Origin: Alphaproteobacteria bacterium
GTDB lineage: Bacteria; Pseudomonadota; Alphaproteobacteria; SP197
Direction of reading: 5' to 3'
DNA length: 64,000 nt
Assembly (NCBI GenBank): GCA_965228895.1
Contig: OZ245842.1
Coordinates: 384,001 to 448,000, forward strand
Positions 37,082 to 45,077 of this stretch are shown here, piece after piece (position 1 is the stretch's first letter; each line of letters starts with the position of its first letter). The notes under the pieces are model-generated. The model saw only the letters and a list, made by a program, of their open reading frames with translations. It ran no database searches and was not told the origin of the DNA. Made by a program: the position numbers and the translations under genes.

Positions 37082-38476
37082 ATGATTGGTTTGAGTGTGA
37101 AGCGACTTAGGAACGGCTTGTTGGCCAGTGTCCTTGGTGCTGGTCTTGCTGGCGCATTTGTGCCGGACAGGGCGGCCGCATGGACGCTTGAAGAAGCAGC
37201 GAAACCTTACGCGGGCACCGAGGTGATCGGGATTTGCGACGGCTATTCCCCATGTCTCGCCTATACCGAGATGGCCAAGAAGTTCGAGGAACTGACGGGC
37301 ATCAAGGTAATTCTTGAAGTCGCCGACCTCGAGGCCGTGTGGCGCCAGGTGTTGGCCGATCAGCTGACAGGCGGCCAGTACTACGACATCTTTCCTGCCG
37401 CCAACAACCAGACCGCGGCCTTTGCGGCACCGGGGTTCACCACCGATCTCAACCAGTTCATGAACGATCCGGCCCTGCGCGATCCCAGCGTCAAGGTCGA
37501 GGACTTCGTGCAGGCTCACTTTGAAATTTCCGGCCACTATGAGGACGAGCTGGTTGCTGTCCCCTATCACTACCTGCCGCCCTATGCGGCCTATCGGACG
37601 AGCATCGCCAACGATCCGACGGAACAGGCGAACTTCAAGGCTGAGTACGGCTATGACATGCCGTTGCCGCCCACGACCTGGGAGCAATTCCGTGATCTCT
37701 CCGAGTTCTTCACCCGTGAAGCAGGCGAGACGCTGGCCGGCGAAACGCTAGAGACCAACTTCTACGGTACGGTCGCCGCGTTCAAACGACACCTCACGGT
37801 GTTCTATGACTACGAACGCATCCTGCTCGGCATGGGCGGCGAATACGTGGATGCGGACTTCAACGTGAAGATCGACGACGGCGATGTCGGCGTCAAAGCG
37901 CTCGAATACATGCTCGATCTCAGGCAGTTCGCACCGCCCGGACACACCGAAGCGACGTGGGACACCGAGTACGCCGAGATGTGCAACGGCAACGTTTTCA
38001 TGATCTTTACCTGGGGCGACACGACGCCTTATCTGGAGATCCCCGGTGACTGTCCGGCGTCGGCCGGCGACATGACCTATTTCGTCCACCCCGGCACGAA
38101 TGTCACGGGTGCGTACGGTCAGTCGTGGATCATCCCCAGCAGCGCCCAGCACAAGGAAGCCGCCTGGCTGTTTGTTCAGTGGTTGCTGACCCAGGACGTG
38201 CAGAACGAGTGTCTGCCTTTGGGTTGCCTCGCCGTCAGAAGCGACGTTCTAGGCGATCCGCGCTGGGAGGATGAGTCGTGGGAGAACAGTCAGCGCGAAG
38301 CCATTCACATCTGGCTCGACGAGAACGGCAAGCTCTACGAACTGCCGAACACGCCGAACTGGTTTGTCTGGCAGGACATCATCATCGAGGAGCTAAGCGC
38401 GGCCGGTGCCGATCAGCAGGACGCCGAGACGACGATCGCCAATATCGCGTCACGCATGCGCGAGGCCGCCGAGTAG
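37082..38476 (+). CDS. Carbohydrate-type ABC substrate-binding protein
   Basis: Signal peptide ending in AAA; KFEELTGIKV, PTTWEQF.D..EFF, KEAAWLFVQW. Confidence 0.88.
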   Translation: MIGLSVKRLRNGLLASVLGAGLAGAFVPDRAAAWTLEEAAKPYAGTEVIGICDGYSPCLAYTEMAKKFEELTGIKVILEVADLEAVWRQVLADQLTGGQYYDIFPAANNQTAAFAAPGFTTDLNQFMNDPALRDPSVKVEDFVQAHFEISGHYEDELVAVPYHYLPPYAAYRTSIANDPTEQANFKAEYGYDMPLPPTTWEQFRDLSEFFTREAGETLAGETLETNFYGTVAAFKRHLTVFYDYERILLGMGGEYVDADFNVKIDDGDVGVKALEYMLDLRQFAPPGHTEATWDTEYAEMCNGNVFMIFTWGDTTPYLEIPGDCPASAGDMTYFVHPGTNVTGAYGQSWIIPSSAQHKEAAWLFVQWLLTQDVQNECLPLGCLAVRSDVLGDPRWEDESWENSQREAIHIWLDENGKLYELPNTPNWFVWQDIIIEELSAAGADQQDAETTIANIASRMREAAE

Positions 38477-38602
38477 CCTGCTCGGTGCTGACAAGAGAGT
38501 GGCCCTGTGCGTGGCGCAGGGTCACCTTTTTGTCGACCAACGGTCCATGTCATTTGGGTGATGGTCGTTGGCGATCGTTCGCGGTGACGGGAGGGAAGAT
38601 TG

Positions 38603-38908
38603 ATGTATGAGATCGATCCGGATCGCACGGACTTGATCGAGGAGTTTCGGCGAAGTCCGGGTGGTCCCTACAGTCCGGAACTAGCGTTGTTGGTCAATCG
38701 TCTCCGTCTCAGTCCTTTGGGCGAACGCTACATCCTGGTCTGCACCAGGCGCGGAACGGAGTGGGCCGTCGGCATGATGCCGACACAGCGAGGTCAAGCC
38801 GTCGAACTTCTGAACGGTCTGACCTTCAACGACTACTACGACGCGGCGCGCGAGGTGTTCCGATTGCGCTGGCAGGCCGTTACCGGCAAGGAACTCTCGT
38901 ATGCCTGA
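38603..38908 (+). CDS. dmfA1: N,N-dimethylformamidase small (alpha) subunit-like protein
   Basis: LIEEF...P.G..SPEL..L.NR.R...RY...W...F....A...VF..RW pattern, located directly upstream of the DMFase large subunit. Confidence 0.7.
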   Translation: MYEIDPDRTDLIEEFRRSPGGPYSPELALLVNRLRLSPLGERYILVCTRRGTEWAVGMMPTQRGQAVELLNGLTFNDYYDAAREVFRLRWQAVTGKELSYA

Positions 38909-38935
38909 TTTGATTCGCCGGAGAGAGGCGGAGAC

Positions 38936-41161
38936 ATGAAGAAGATTGTCGGCTACTCGAACGAATGGAGCGTCGCGCCCGGCGATACGCTCGAGGTCAA
39001 GGTCAGCACCTATGGCCCGCAACACTACAGGGCCGATCTCGTACGCGTCATCTGCGGCGACGACGAACCCGATCACGGCATCTATCGCGAAGAGGAGATC
39101 ACGGCGGCGTTCGCCGGCGAATACACGGGCCGCACCCAGATCATGGCGGCGGGGTCGTACGTCGTGGTGCCCGCAGCACCGTCATTGCAGGGTCTGACAA
39201 GCTTTACTGTGCAGGCCTGGATCTTCCCGACCACGCCGTCCAATGGCGAGCAGGGGCTGATCGCCCACGGTACGACTGGCACCAGTGTTGGCTTTGCCTT
39301 GGTTATCGATAAGAACGGCGCACTCGCCTTACGAACTGGCGACGGTGCCGGCGGTGTCTGGGAAACCACGATGGGTGTGGCGCTCGCGGCGCGGCGCTGG
39401 CATCTGGTGGCGGCGGCCTTCGATGGGGAACGCGGGGAGGTTCTGTTACATCAGGTCTCTTCCGGATCTGTCGTCGAGGCTGGCAGTTCGATCTGTTCAA
39501 GCGGCAAGGCGGCGTTTTCGCCGGTCGGCGATGACGATCAGCCGCTTTTGATGGCCGCACTTCCTTCTGACGCCCCTTCAGGCGTGTCGTCGCACTTCAA
39601 CGGAAAAATCGACCGGCCCCGGATTACAGGGCGCGCTCTGTCGTCAGACGAGATTACGACCCTGGCGTGGGACGCCGCGCCGCACGAGCGTGAGTCCGCG
39701 CTTGTCGCGGGTTGGGACTTCTCGCTTGATATTGGTTGCCAAAGCATTAGCGATGTTGGCTTCAACGGCCTTCACGGCCATACGGTCAACCTGCCATCGC
39801 GTGGCGTAAAGGGGTTCAACTGGTCGGGCAGGGAACAGAACTGGCGCCACGCGCCCGATGAATACGGTGCCATACACTTCCACGACGACGATCACTATGA
39901 CGCCGGCTGGGAAACCGACTTCACCTATGTCGTCCCGGACGATTTGAAGAGCGGTGTTTATGCCGCGCGCCTCGCTGCCGAGGATGACGAATGGTACATC
40001 ACGTTCTTTGTCCGGCCGCCCCGTGGCACGGCGACGTCCAGGTTGGCCTTCCTGGCCTCGACCGCGACCTACATGGCGTATTCGAATTATCGCTGGCAGA
40101 TGCACGAACACTACGCGGAGGTCACCGAGAGCTACTGGACGACCCTGGACAAGGGCGACGCTTTCCTTCAGGAACACCCAGAGTTCGGCCTGTCGACCTA
40201 TGACCATCATTTCGATGGCAGCGGCGTGCGTTATGCCTCGCGGCTGCGCCCCGTTCTCAACATGGCGCCCAAGACACCACTGTGGAGCTTCAATCCCGAC
40301 ACACACATCCTGGGCTGGCTCGAAGAGAAGGGGATCGACTACGACGTCATTACCGACGAGGACCTGCACCACGAAGGCGTCGGCTTGTTGGAACCCTATC
40401 GCGCCGTCGTGACCGGGACACACCCGGAATACTACACGACCCCCATGTGGGAGGGGTTGCGCGGGTATCTTTCGCGTGGCGGTCGGCTCGCTTATCTGGG
40501 TGGCAACGGTTTCATCTGGCGCTGCGCGTTTTCCTCCGAACTGCCGGGCGTCCTGGAATTGCGACGGGCGGAAGACGGCATCCGCTACCGCGACGAGGAG
40601 CCCGGCGAATACTACCTGGAGTTCACCGGCGAATACGGCGGTCTATGGCGCCGCCTGGGCATGGCGCCGCAGGCGCTTGTCGGCGTCGGTACGGTGGCGG
40701 TGGGCTTCGATGTCTCCGGGTACTATCGGCGCACGCCCGAAAGCTTCGATTCCCGGGCGGCCTTCATCTTCGATGGCATCGGCGACGACGAGATAATCGG
40801 CGATTTCGGCATCTTGGGTGGCGGCGCCAGCGGGTCGGAAATCGATGCCGTTGATCCGCTGCTCGGCACGCCTGTTCATACGTTGGTCGTGGCAAGCTCG
40901 GAGGGACATTCGGCCAACACGTGGCTGGTGCCCGACGAGACCGGATTTCATCACAGCGCCATGGACGGCCTGCAGAACCCACGCATCAAGGCCGACATGA
41001 CCTTCTTTGAGACGCCCGGCGGTGGCGCTGTCTTCTCGGTCGGCTCGATCGCCTGGGGCGCCAGCCTGCCGCACAACGGTTACGACAATAACGTCGCGCG
41101 GGTATCGGAGAATGTGCTCCGCCGGTTCCTCGAGCCGGAGCCCTTCGCGATATCCGAGTAG
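38936..41161 (+). CDS. dmfA2: N,N-dimethylformamidase large (beta) subunit-like protein
   Basis: GYS..WSV.PG; LamG-like domain; YGAIHFHDDD; TYMAYSN; GLSTYD.H.DGSGV; TGTHPEY; YLGGNGF.W; GGAVFS.GSI.W. Confidence 0.9.
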   Translation: MKKIVGYSNEWSVAPGDTLEVKVSTYGPQHYRADLVRVICGDDEPDHGIYREEEITAAFAGEYTGRTQIMAAGSYVVVPAAPSLQGLTSFTVQAWIFPTTPSNGEQGLIAHGTTGTSVGFALVIDKNGALALRTGDGAGGVWETTMGVALAARRWHLVAAAFDGERGEVLLHQVSSGSVVEAGSSICSSGKAAFSPVGDDDQPLLMAALPSDAPSGVSSHFNGKIDRPRITGRALSSDEITTLAWDAAPHERESALVAGWDFSLDIGCQSISDVGFNGLHGHTVNLPSRGVKGFNWSGREQNWRHAPDEYGAIHFHDDDHYDAGWETDFTYVVPDDLKSGVYAARLAAEDDEWYITFFVRPPRGTATSRLAFLASTATYMAYSNYRWQMHEHYAEVTESYWTTLDKGDAFLQEHPEFGLSTYDHHFDGSGVRYASRLRPVLNMAPKTPLWSFNPDTHILGWLEEKGIDYDVITDEDLHHEGVGLLEPYRAVVTGTHPEYYTTPMWEGLRGYLSRGGRLAYLGGNGFIWRCAFSSELPGVLELRRAEDGIRYRDEEPGEYYLEFTGEYGGLWRRLGMAPQALVGVGTVAVGFDVSGYYRRTPESFDSRAAFIFDGIGDDEIIGDFGILGGGASGSEIDAVDPLLGTPVHTLVVASSEGHSANTWLVPDETGFHHSAMDGLQNPRIKADMTFFETPGGGAVFSVGSIAWGASLPHNGYDNNVARVSENVLRRFLEPEPFAISE

Positions 41162-41274
41162 ACATGGTCCCTTGGGGCCCACGATCGACCCCCGCGATGT
41201 TGCTGTCGTCGGACGCCTCTACTTTGACGAGGACGATGACATGAAGCCAACGTCACATCGACACAGGCGTCAGC

Positions 41275-42531
41275 TCAATCGTCGGTCGAACGTATGGTGC
41301 GAGGCAGCTTCGATAAGACCTCCAGCCCTTCTTCGGTGACCAGGAACGTCTCGATAAAGTTGCAGCCGGTGCCGCCCGGCCAATCCTCCCAGATGTCGTA
41401 CTGGTTTTCATAGTTGAAGACGAGCCCGGGTTGGACCGTCAGTTTGTCGGGCGTCGGACCGAACGTTTCCTCGTTCCAGTGGATCCAGCTGGCGCCCGTC
41501 CAATCGGGTGGGAACGAGATGCCGAGCGGGTAGCCGCCAATCCACCAAGCCTTATCGGTCAGACCGACCTTGTCGATGTAAGCGTGCGCGACCTCGTCAA
41601 CACGCGGCAGCGGGTCGCCGAGCTTGACCTCCCCCAGGATGGCATCAATCGAGCCCGCCGACTTCTCCATGACATCAAGCCAGCGGTCATCCGCCTTGCC
41701 GACGGACAGCGTTCGGCACATGTTGACGTGATAGCGGTGGAGCGATGCACAAAAGTCGAAGTGAACGAGGTCGCCCTGTTTCACCTTGCGATGGGTCGGC
41801 GCGGAATGGTGCGTTCCTGAGCGGACGCCAGAGGCGACCATGGTGTGAATGGTCGGATAGTTGCAGCCTTGGCTCATCAGGCTCGCCATCAGCACGCCTT
41901 CGATCTGGGTCTCCGTCATGCCCGGACGCATCTCGGCCCGCGCGGCCTCAAGCGCCGTATCCGCCATCGCCGCGGCTCGGCGCACAACGGCCATCTCGCG
42001 CGGTGACTTATAGATGCGCAACATCTCGACCAGGAGTGAGGCGTCGACCACCTTGGCACCCTTGTCGCGCAACTTCCCGGCCAGTGTCTCGACCACCTCA
42101 GTGGCGGGTCCCCAACCCCAGAACTGAAGCCCGATCGTACCGCCGGCCAGACCGCGCGCGGCGACCTCGTCGGCGATGATGTCGAAGTCGTCGGCGCCGG
42201 CCATCGGGTCATGGTCGAAGATCACGGCATCGCGTATCTCGGGCACGAGCGAGACAATCGTCGTGTGCGCCGCAGCGTCAAAGAACAGCGTGTCGTCGCT
42301 GTCGGCCCGGATCAGCAAATTGGTCGAATTACGAAGATGATTCCAGATCATGTCATAGCCGGTCAGCCAGTTGATGTCCGGCAACCGGCACAACAACAGC
42401 ACATCGACACCGGCTTTCTTCATAGCATCGCGAACCTGCTTGCGCCGCGCGGCGTATTCCTCCGGCGGGAACGGTTGCTCCCAATCGATCTGGTCGCGCA
42501 GGTATGTCTTTAGCTCCATCTGGTCCCCCAT
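41275..42531 (-). CDS. M24 (pita-bread fold) hydrolase, creatinase/ectoine-hydrolase-like
   Basis: F..EEY..R, WLTGYD, KSPRE, RYH..M.RT, GYPLGISFPPDW, ETFLVT. Several canonical metal ligands are replaced. Confidence 0.85.
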   Translation of the reverse strand: MGDQMELKTYLRDQIDWEQPFPPEEYAARRKQVRDAMKKAGVDVLLLCRLPDINWLTGYDMIWNHLRNSTNLLIRADSDDTLFFDAAAHTTIVSLVPEIRDAVIFDHDPMAGADDFDIIADEVAARGLAGGTIGLQFWGWGPATEVVETLAGKLRDKGAKVVDASLLVEMLRIYKSPREMAVVRRAAAMADTALEAARAEMRPGMTETQIEGVLMASLMSQGCNYPTIHTMVASGVRSGTHHSAPTHRKVKQGDLVHFDFCASLHRYHVNMCRTLSVGKADDRWLDVMEKSAGSIDAILGEVKLGDPLPRVDEVAHAYIDKVGLTDKAWWIGGYPLGISFPPDWTGASWIHWNEETFGPTPDKLTVQPGLVFNYENQYDIWEDWPGGTGCNFIETFLVTEEGLEVLSKLPRTIRSTDD

Positions 42532-42566
42532 ATCCTGGCGTCGCCTGTTGCGACCTTTGCGATCAC

Positions 42567-42929
42567 TCAGGCCGCGATCATGTAGAATTTGCGCAGCGTC
42601 TTCGTGATTTCCCACGTGCACGGTGTTCCCCTGGGGATGAAGAAGGTATCGCCGGACTCATAAGTTTCGGCTTTGCCGTCAGCGTCCGTCACCGTAACCG
42701 AACCGCCCAAAACCGTCATCATCTCGTGGACCGGATAGGCGTCGATCTCTTCCTTACACGGCGCGCATTCCCAAACGCCTGTGAGGATGCTCTCGTCATC
42801 GGACGTATAGGCGTGGGAGATGAGCTCGGTCTGATCGCCGGTCGTGAACGCGTCCGGGCTTGTCAGGTGGGACGGCACCATGCCGCCGGCGTGACCTTCG
42901 GAAATCAGTCGTGCGGGTTTGTTGATCAT
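42567..42929 (-). CDS. Cupin domain protein (DUF861)
   Basis: GVWECAP...HE.M.VL.GSV...GDTFFIP.G..CTWEI...LRKFY. Confidence 0.88.
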   Translation of the reverse strand: MINKPARLISEGHAGGMVPSHLTSPDAFTTGDQTELISHAYTSDDESILTGVWECAPCKEEIDAYPVHEMMTVLGGSVTVTDADGKAETYESGDTFFIPRGTPCTWEITKTLRKFYMIAA

Positions 42930-43144
42930 GACGGTCTCCCGTGTCCCAAGTTTCATATGCGATCGTGTCATCATGATGGACCGTCACCATGCGGGCCTCA
43001 AGGCTGGGTGCCGCCAGGTAGCTTCACTTTGTTGCAGTGCAACCCGACTCGTTTGTCTGTCGGGCCGTCGGGCTCAATGGAACGCATGCATCAGCTACCC
43101 GTTGGATAGGTCACGGATGATGTCATGACACGCGCTATGCGTAC

Positions 43145-43172
43145 TGTTTCCATAATGCAGATTATGGCGCCG
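43145..43172 (-). other. dif-like XerD/XerC recombination site 3
   Basis: TGTTTCCATAA-TGCAGA-TTATGGCGCCG; same spacer and orientation as sites 1 and 2; lies between divergent operons. Confidence 0.7.
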
Positions 43173-43405
43173 TGGTGTGTAAGCGCAGAATTAAGACGTC
43201 AGTCCTGAGCAAAGCTAAGATGATGGTGCTCCCTCCCGTTGGCAGGGACTGATGGGGAATAGTGCCGACCGCGACTTTGGTGCCCTTGAGCACTCGCCGC
43301 TGAATCGTACAAAAGCTTGGGGCAATGCCGATCGCCAATCGCAGAAGCGGCGACTAATCCCGCAAGCGATCTTGTCATGCGACTTTCCTCGACAATCATG
43401 CAATT

Positions 43406-43424
43406 TGTGAATTAAATATTCACA
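43406..43424. promoter_or_regulatory. Operator TGTGAAT-N5-ATTCACA
   Basis: Perfect 7+7 inverted repeat about 30 bp upstream of the DUF35 gene; identical arms occur at 45039. Confidence 0.72.
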
Positions 43425-43455
43425 CGTTGAGTTGATGTCGGGCTCAGGAGGGCAG

Positions 43456-43863
43456 ATGGTCGGGTTGGCGCGGAACGGCCCTGAGGAAAAATTCAAGGCC
43501 TATCTCCGAGAAGGACAGTTCCTGGTCCAGAGGTCCCGACGGTCCGGGCGCATCGTCTTCTATCCACGTGTGGCGGCGCCGGAGACCGGCGAACGTGATC
43601 TCGAATGGACCCCATGCACCGGGTTCGGCACCGTTTACTCGACGACTGTGGTGCGCCGCCGCGCCGAAAAGGGCGGTGATTACAACGTCGCGCTGATCGA
43701 CCTCGATGACGGTTTCCGCATGTTGAGCCGCGTCGAGGCGGTCCCGCCTTCGGAGGTCCAAATCGGCCAGCGCGTGCGGGCGCGGATCGCTGAGATTGAT
43801 GGCGAGCCCGCGATCGTTTTCGATCCGCTGGATGGCGCTGAGGGAGATGATCATGCGCGGTGA
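43456..43863 (+). CDS. DUF35 Zn-ribbon/OB-fold protein (ChsH2-like thiolase partner)
   Basis: FYPR, GTVYSTT, YNVALIDLDDG.RMLSRV, IGQRV. The Zn-ribbon Cys residues are replaced. Confidence 0.88.
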   Translation: MVGLARNGPEEKFKAYLREGQFLVQRSRRSGRIVFYPRVAAPETGERDLEWTPCTGFGTVYSTTVVRRRAEKGGDYNVALIDLDDGFRMLSRVEAVPPSEVQIGQRVRARIAEIDGEPAIVFDPLDGAEGDDHAR

Positions 43864-44992
43864 GGCGGCGATTGTCGGCGTGGGGGTTGCCGGCCTTGGC
43901 GAAGCGCCCGGCCAAAGTGCGATGGAGATTCTTGCTGGCGCTGCTCTGGCTGCCCTCGATGACGCCGGGCTCCGGCCGTCCGACGTCGACGGGCTTTTTG
44001 TCAGCACCACGGCGCATTTCATGCCGACGGCGAGTGCCGCCGAGTATCTCGGCATTCGGCCGCGCTACTCCGATACCAACATGACAGGCGGATCCTCGTT
44101 CGTGGCTCATTTGCTGACCGCGGCGATGGCGCTATCGACCGGGGCCTGTGATGTGGCACTGATCGCTTATGGCAGCAACCAGCGCACATCACTGGGCCGA
44201 TTGCAGATGAACAACGAGCCGTTGCCCCTCGAAACCATATATGGACCGCGCTATCCCATCAGCGGCTACGCGATGATGGCGGCGCGTCACATGCACGAGT
44301 ACGGCACGACCCGCGAGCAACTTGCCGAAGTCGCGGTTGCCGCTCGCGGCTGGGCTGCTCTCAACCCGGAGGCCTTTTGTCGCGATCCGCTGAGCGTCGA
44401 CCAGGTGCTTGAGTCACGCATGATCTCCGATCCGCTGACGCTGTTGGATTGTTGTCTGGTCACCGATGGCGGGGGAGCCCTGGTCCTGGTCCGACGCGAA
44501 CGCGCCGCGGATTTGACGGGCTCTCCAATCCACCTGCTGGGGGCCGGGCTGGCTCACGAGCACCGGCAGATGTCGCAAATGCCCGACCTGACGTCGACGC
44601 TTGCCCGCGATTCAGGCGCGCGCGCCTTCGCCATGGCGCGCTTGGACCGAAGTGAGATCGATCTGCTGCAGCTCTACGACGGCTTCACCATCAACACGAT
44701 CATGTTTCTTGAAGACTTGGGTTTCTGCCCAAAGGGTGAGGGTGGCGGTTTTGTCAGTGGCGGGCGGATTGCGCCAGGCGGCGAGGTCGCGCTCAACACC
44801 AATGGCGGCGGGCTCTCGTGCACCCATCCCGGCATGTACGGCATCTTTCTTATCGTTGAGGCAGTTCGTCAGCTGCGCGGTGTGGCTGGTGAGCGCCAAG
44901 TGAACGACCTTGAAACCGCGCTCGTTCACGGTGTCGGCGGCATGATGTCGACCCACGTGACCGCCGTCCTCGGTACCGACGCCACCATCTGA
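43853..44992 (+). CDS. SCP2/Ltp2-type thiolase-fold protein
   Basis: AAIVGVG, GGSS, DCCLVTDGGGA, YDGFT, NTNGGGLS..HPG, EAVRQLRG...RQV. Confidence 0.92.
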   Translation: MRGEAAIVGVGVAGLGEAPGQSAMEILAGAALAALDDAGLRPSDVDGLFVSTTAHFMPTASAAEYLGIRPRYSDTNMTGGSSFVAHLLTAAMALSTGACDVALIAYGSNQRTSLGRLQMNNEPLPLETIYGPRYPISGYAMMAARHMHEYGTTREQLAEVAVAARGWAALNPEAFCRDPLSVDQVLESRMISDPLTLLDCCLVTDGGGALVLVRRERAADLTGSPIHLLGAGLAHEHRQMSQMPDLTSTLARDSGARAFAMARLDRSEIDLLQLYDGFTINTIMFLEDLGFCPKGEGGGFVSGGRIAPGGEVALNTNGGGLSCTHPGMYGIFLIVEAVRQLRGVAGERQVNDLETALVHGVGGMMSTHVTAVLGTDATI

Positions 44993-45038
44993 CGCCGGCC
45001 AACGTTTGTGACCAGGTGCCTTGCCATATGTCAAAAGA

Positions 45039-45057
45039 TGTGAATATTATATTCACA
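45039..45057. promoter_or_regulatory. Operator TGTGAATAT-T-ATATTCACA
   Basis: Perfect 9+9 inverted repeat 20 bp upstream of the SBP start. Confidence 0.75.
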
Positions 45058-45077
45058 CTTAGCTTTGGGAGGCTGCC

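Noticed and set aside
15780-43172. The repeated 19-28 bp motif as a CRISPR repeat or integron attC
   Set aside because: The copies are kilobases apart, there are no cas or intI genes, and the structure fits dif rather than attC.
43174-43360. GGTGTGTAAGCGCAGAATTAAG just after dif-like site 3 as an IS terminus
   Set aside because: It is reminiscent of an IS end, but no partner inverted repeat or transposase frame was found. An ISfinder search is needed.
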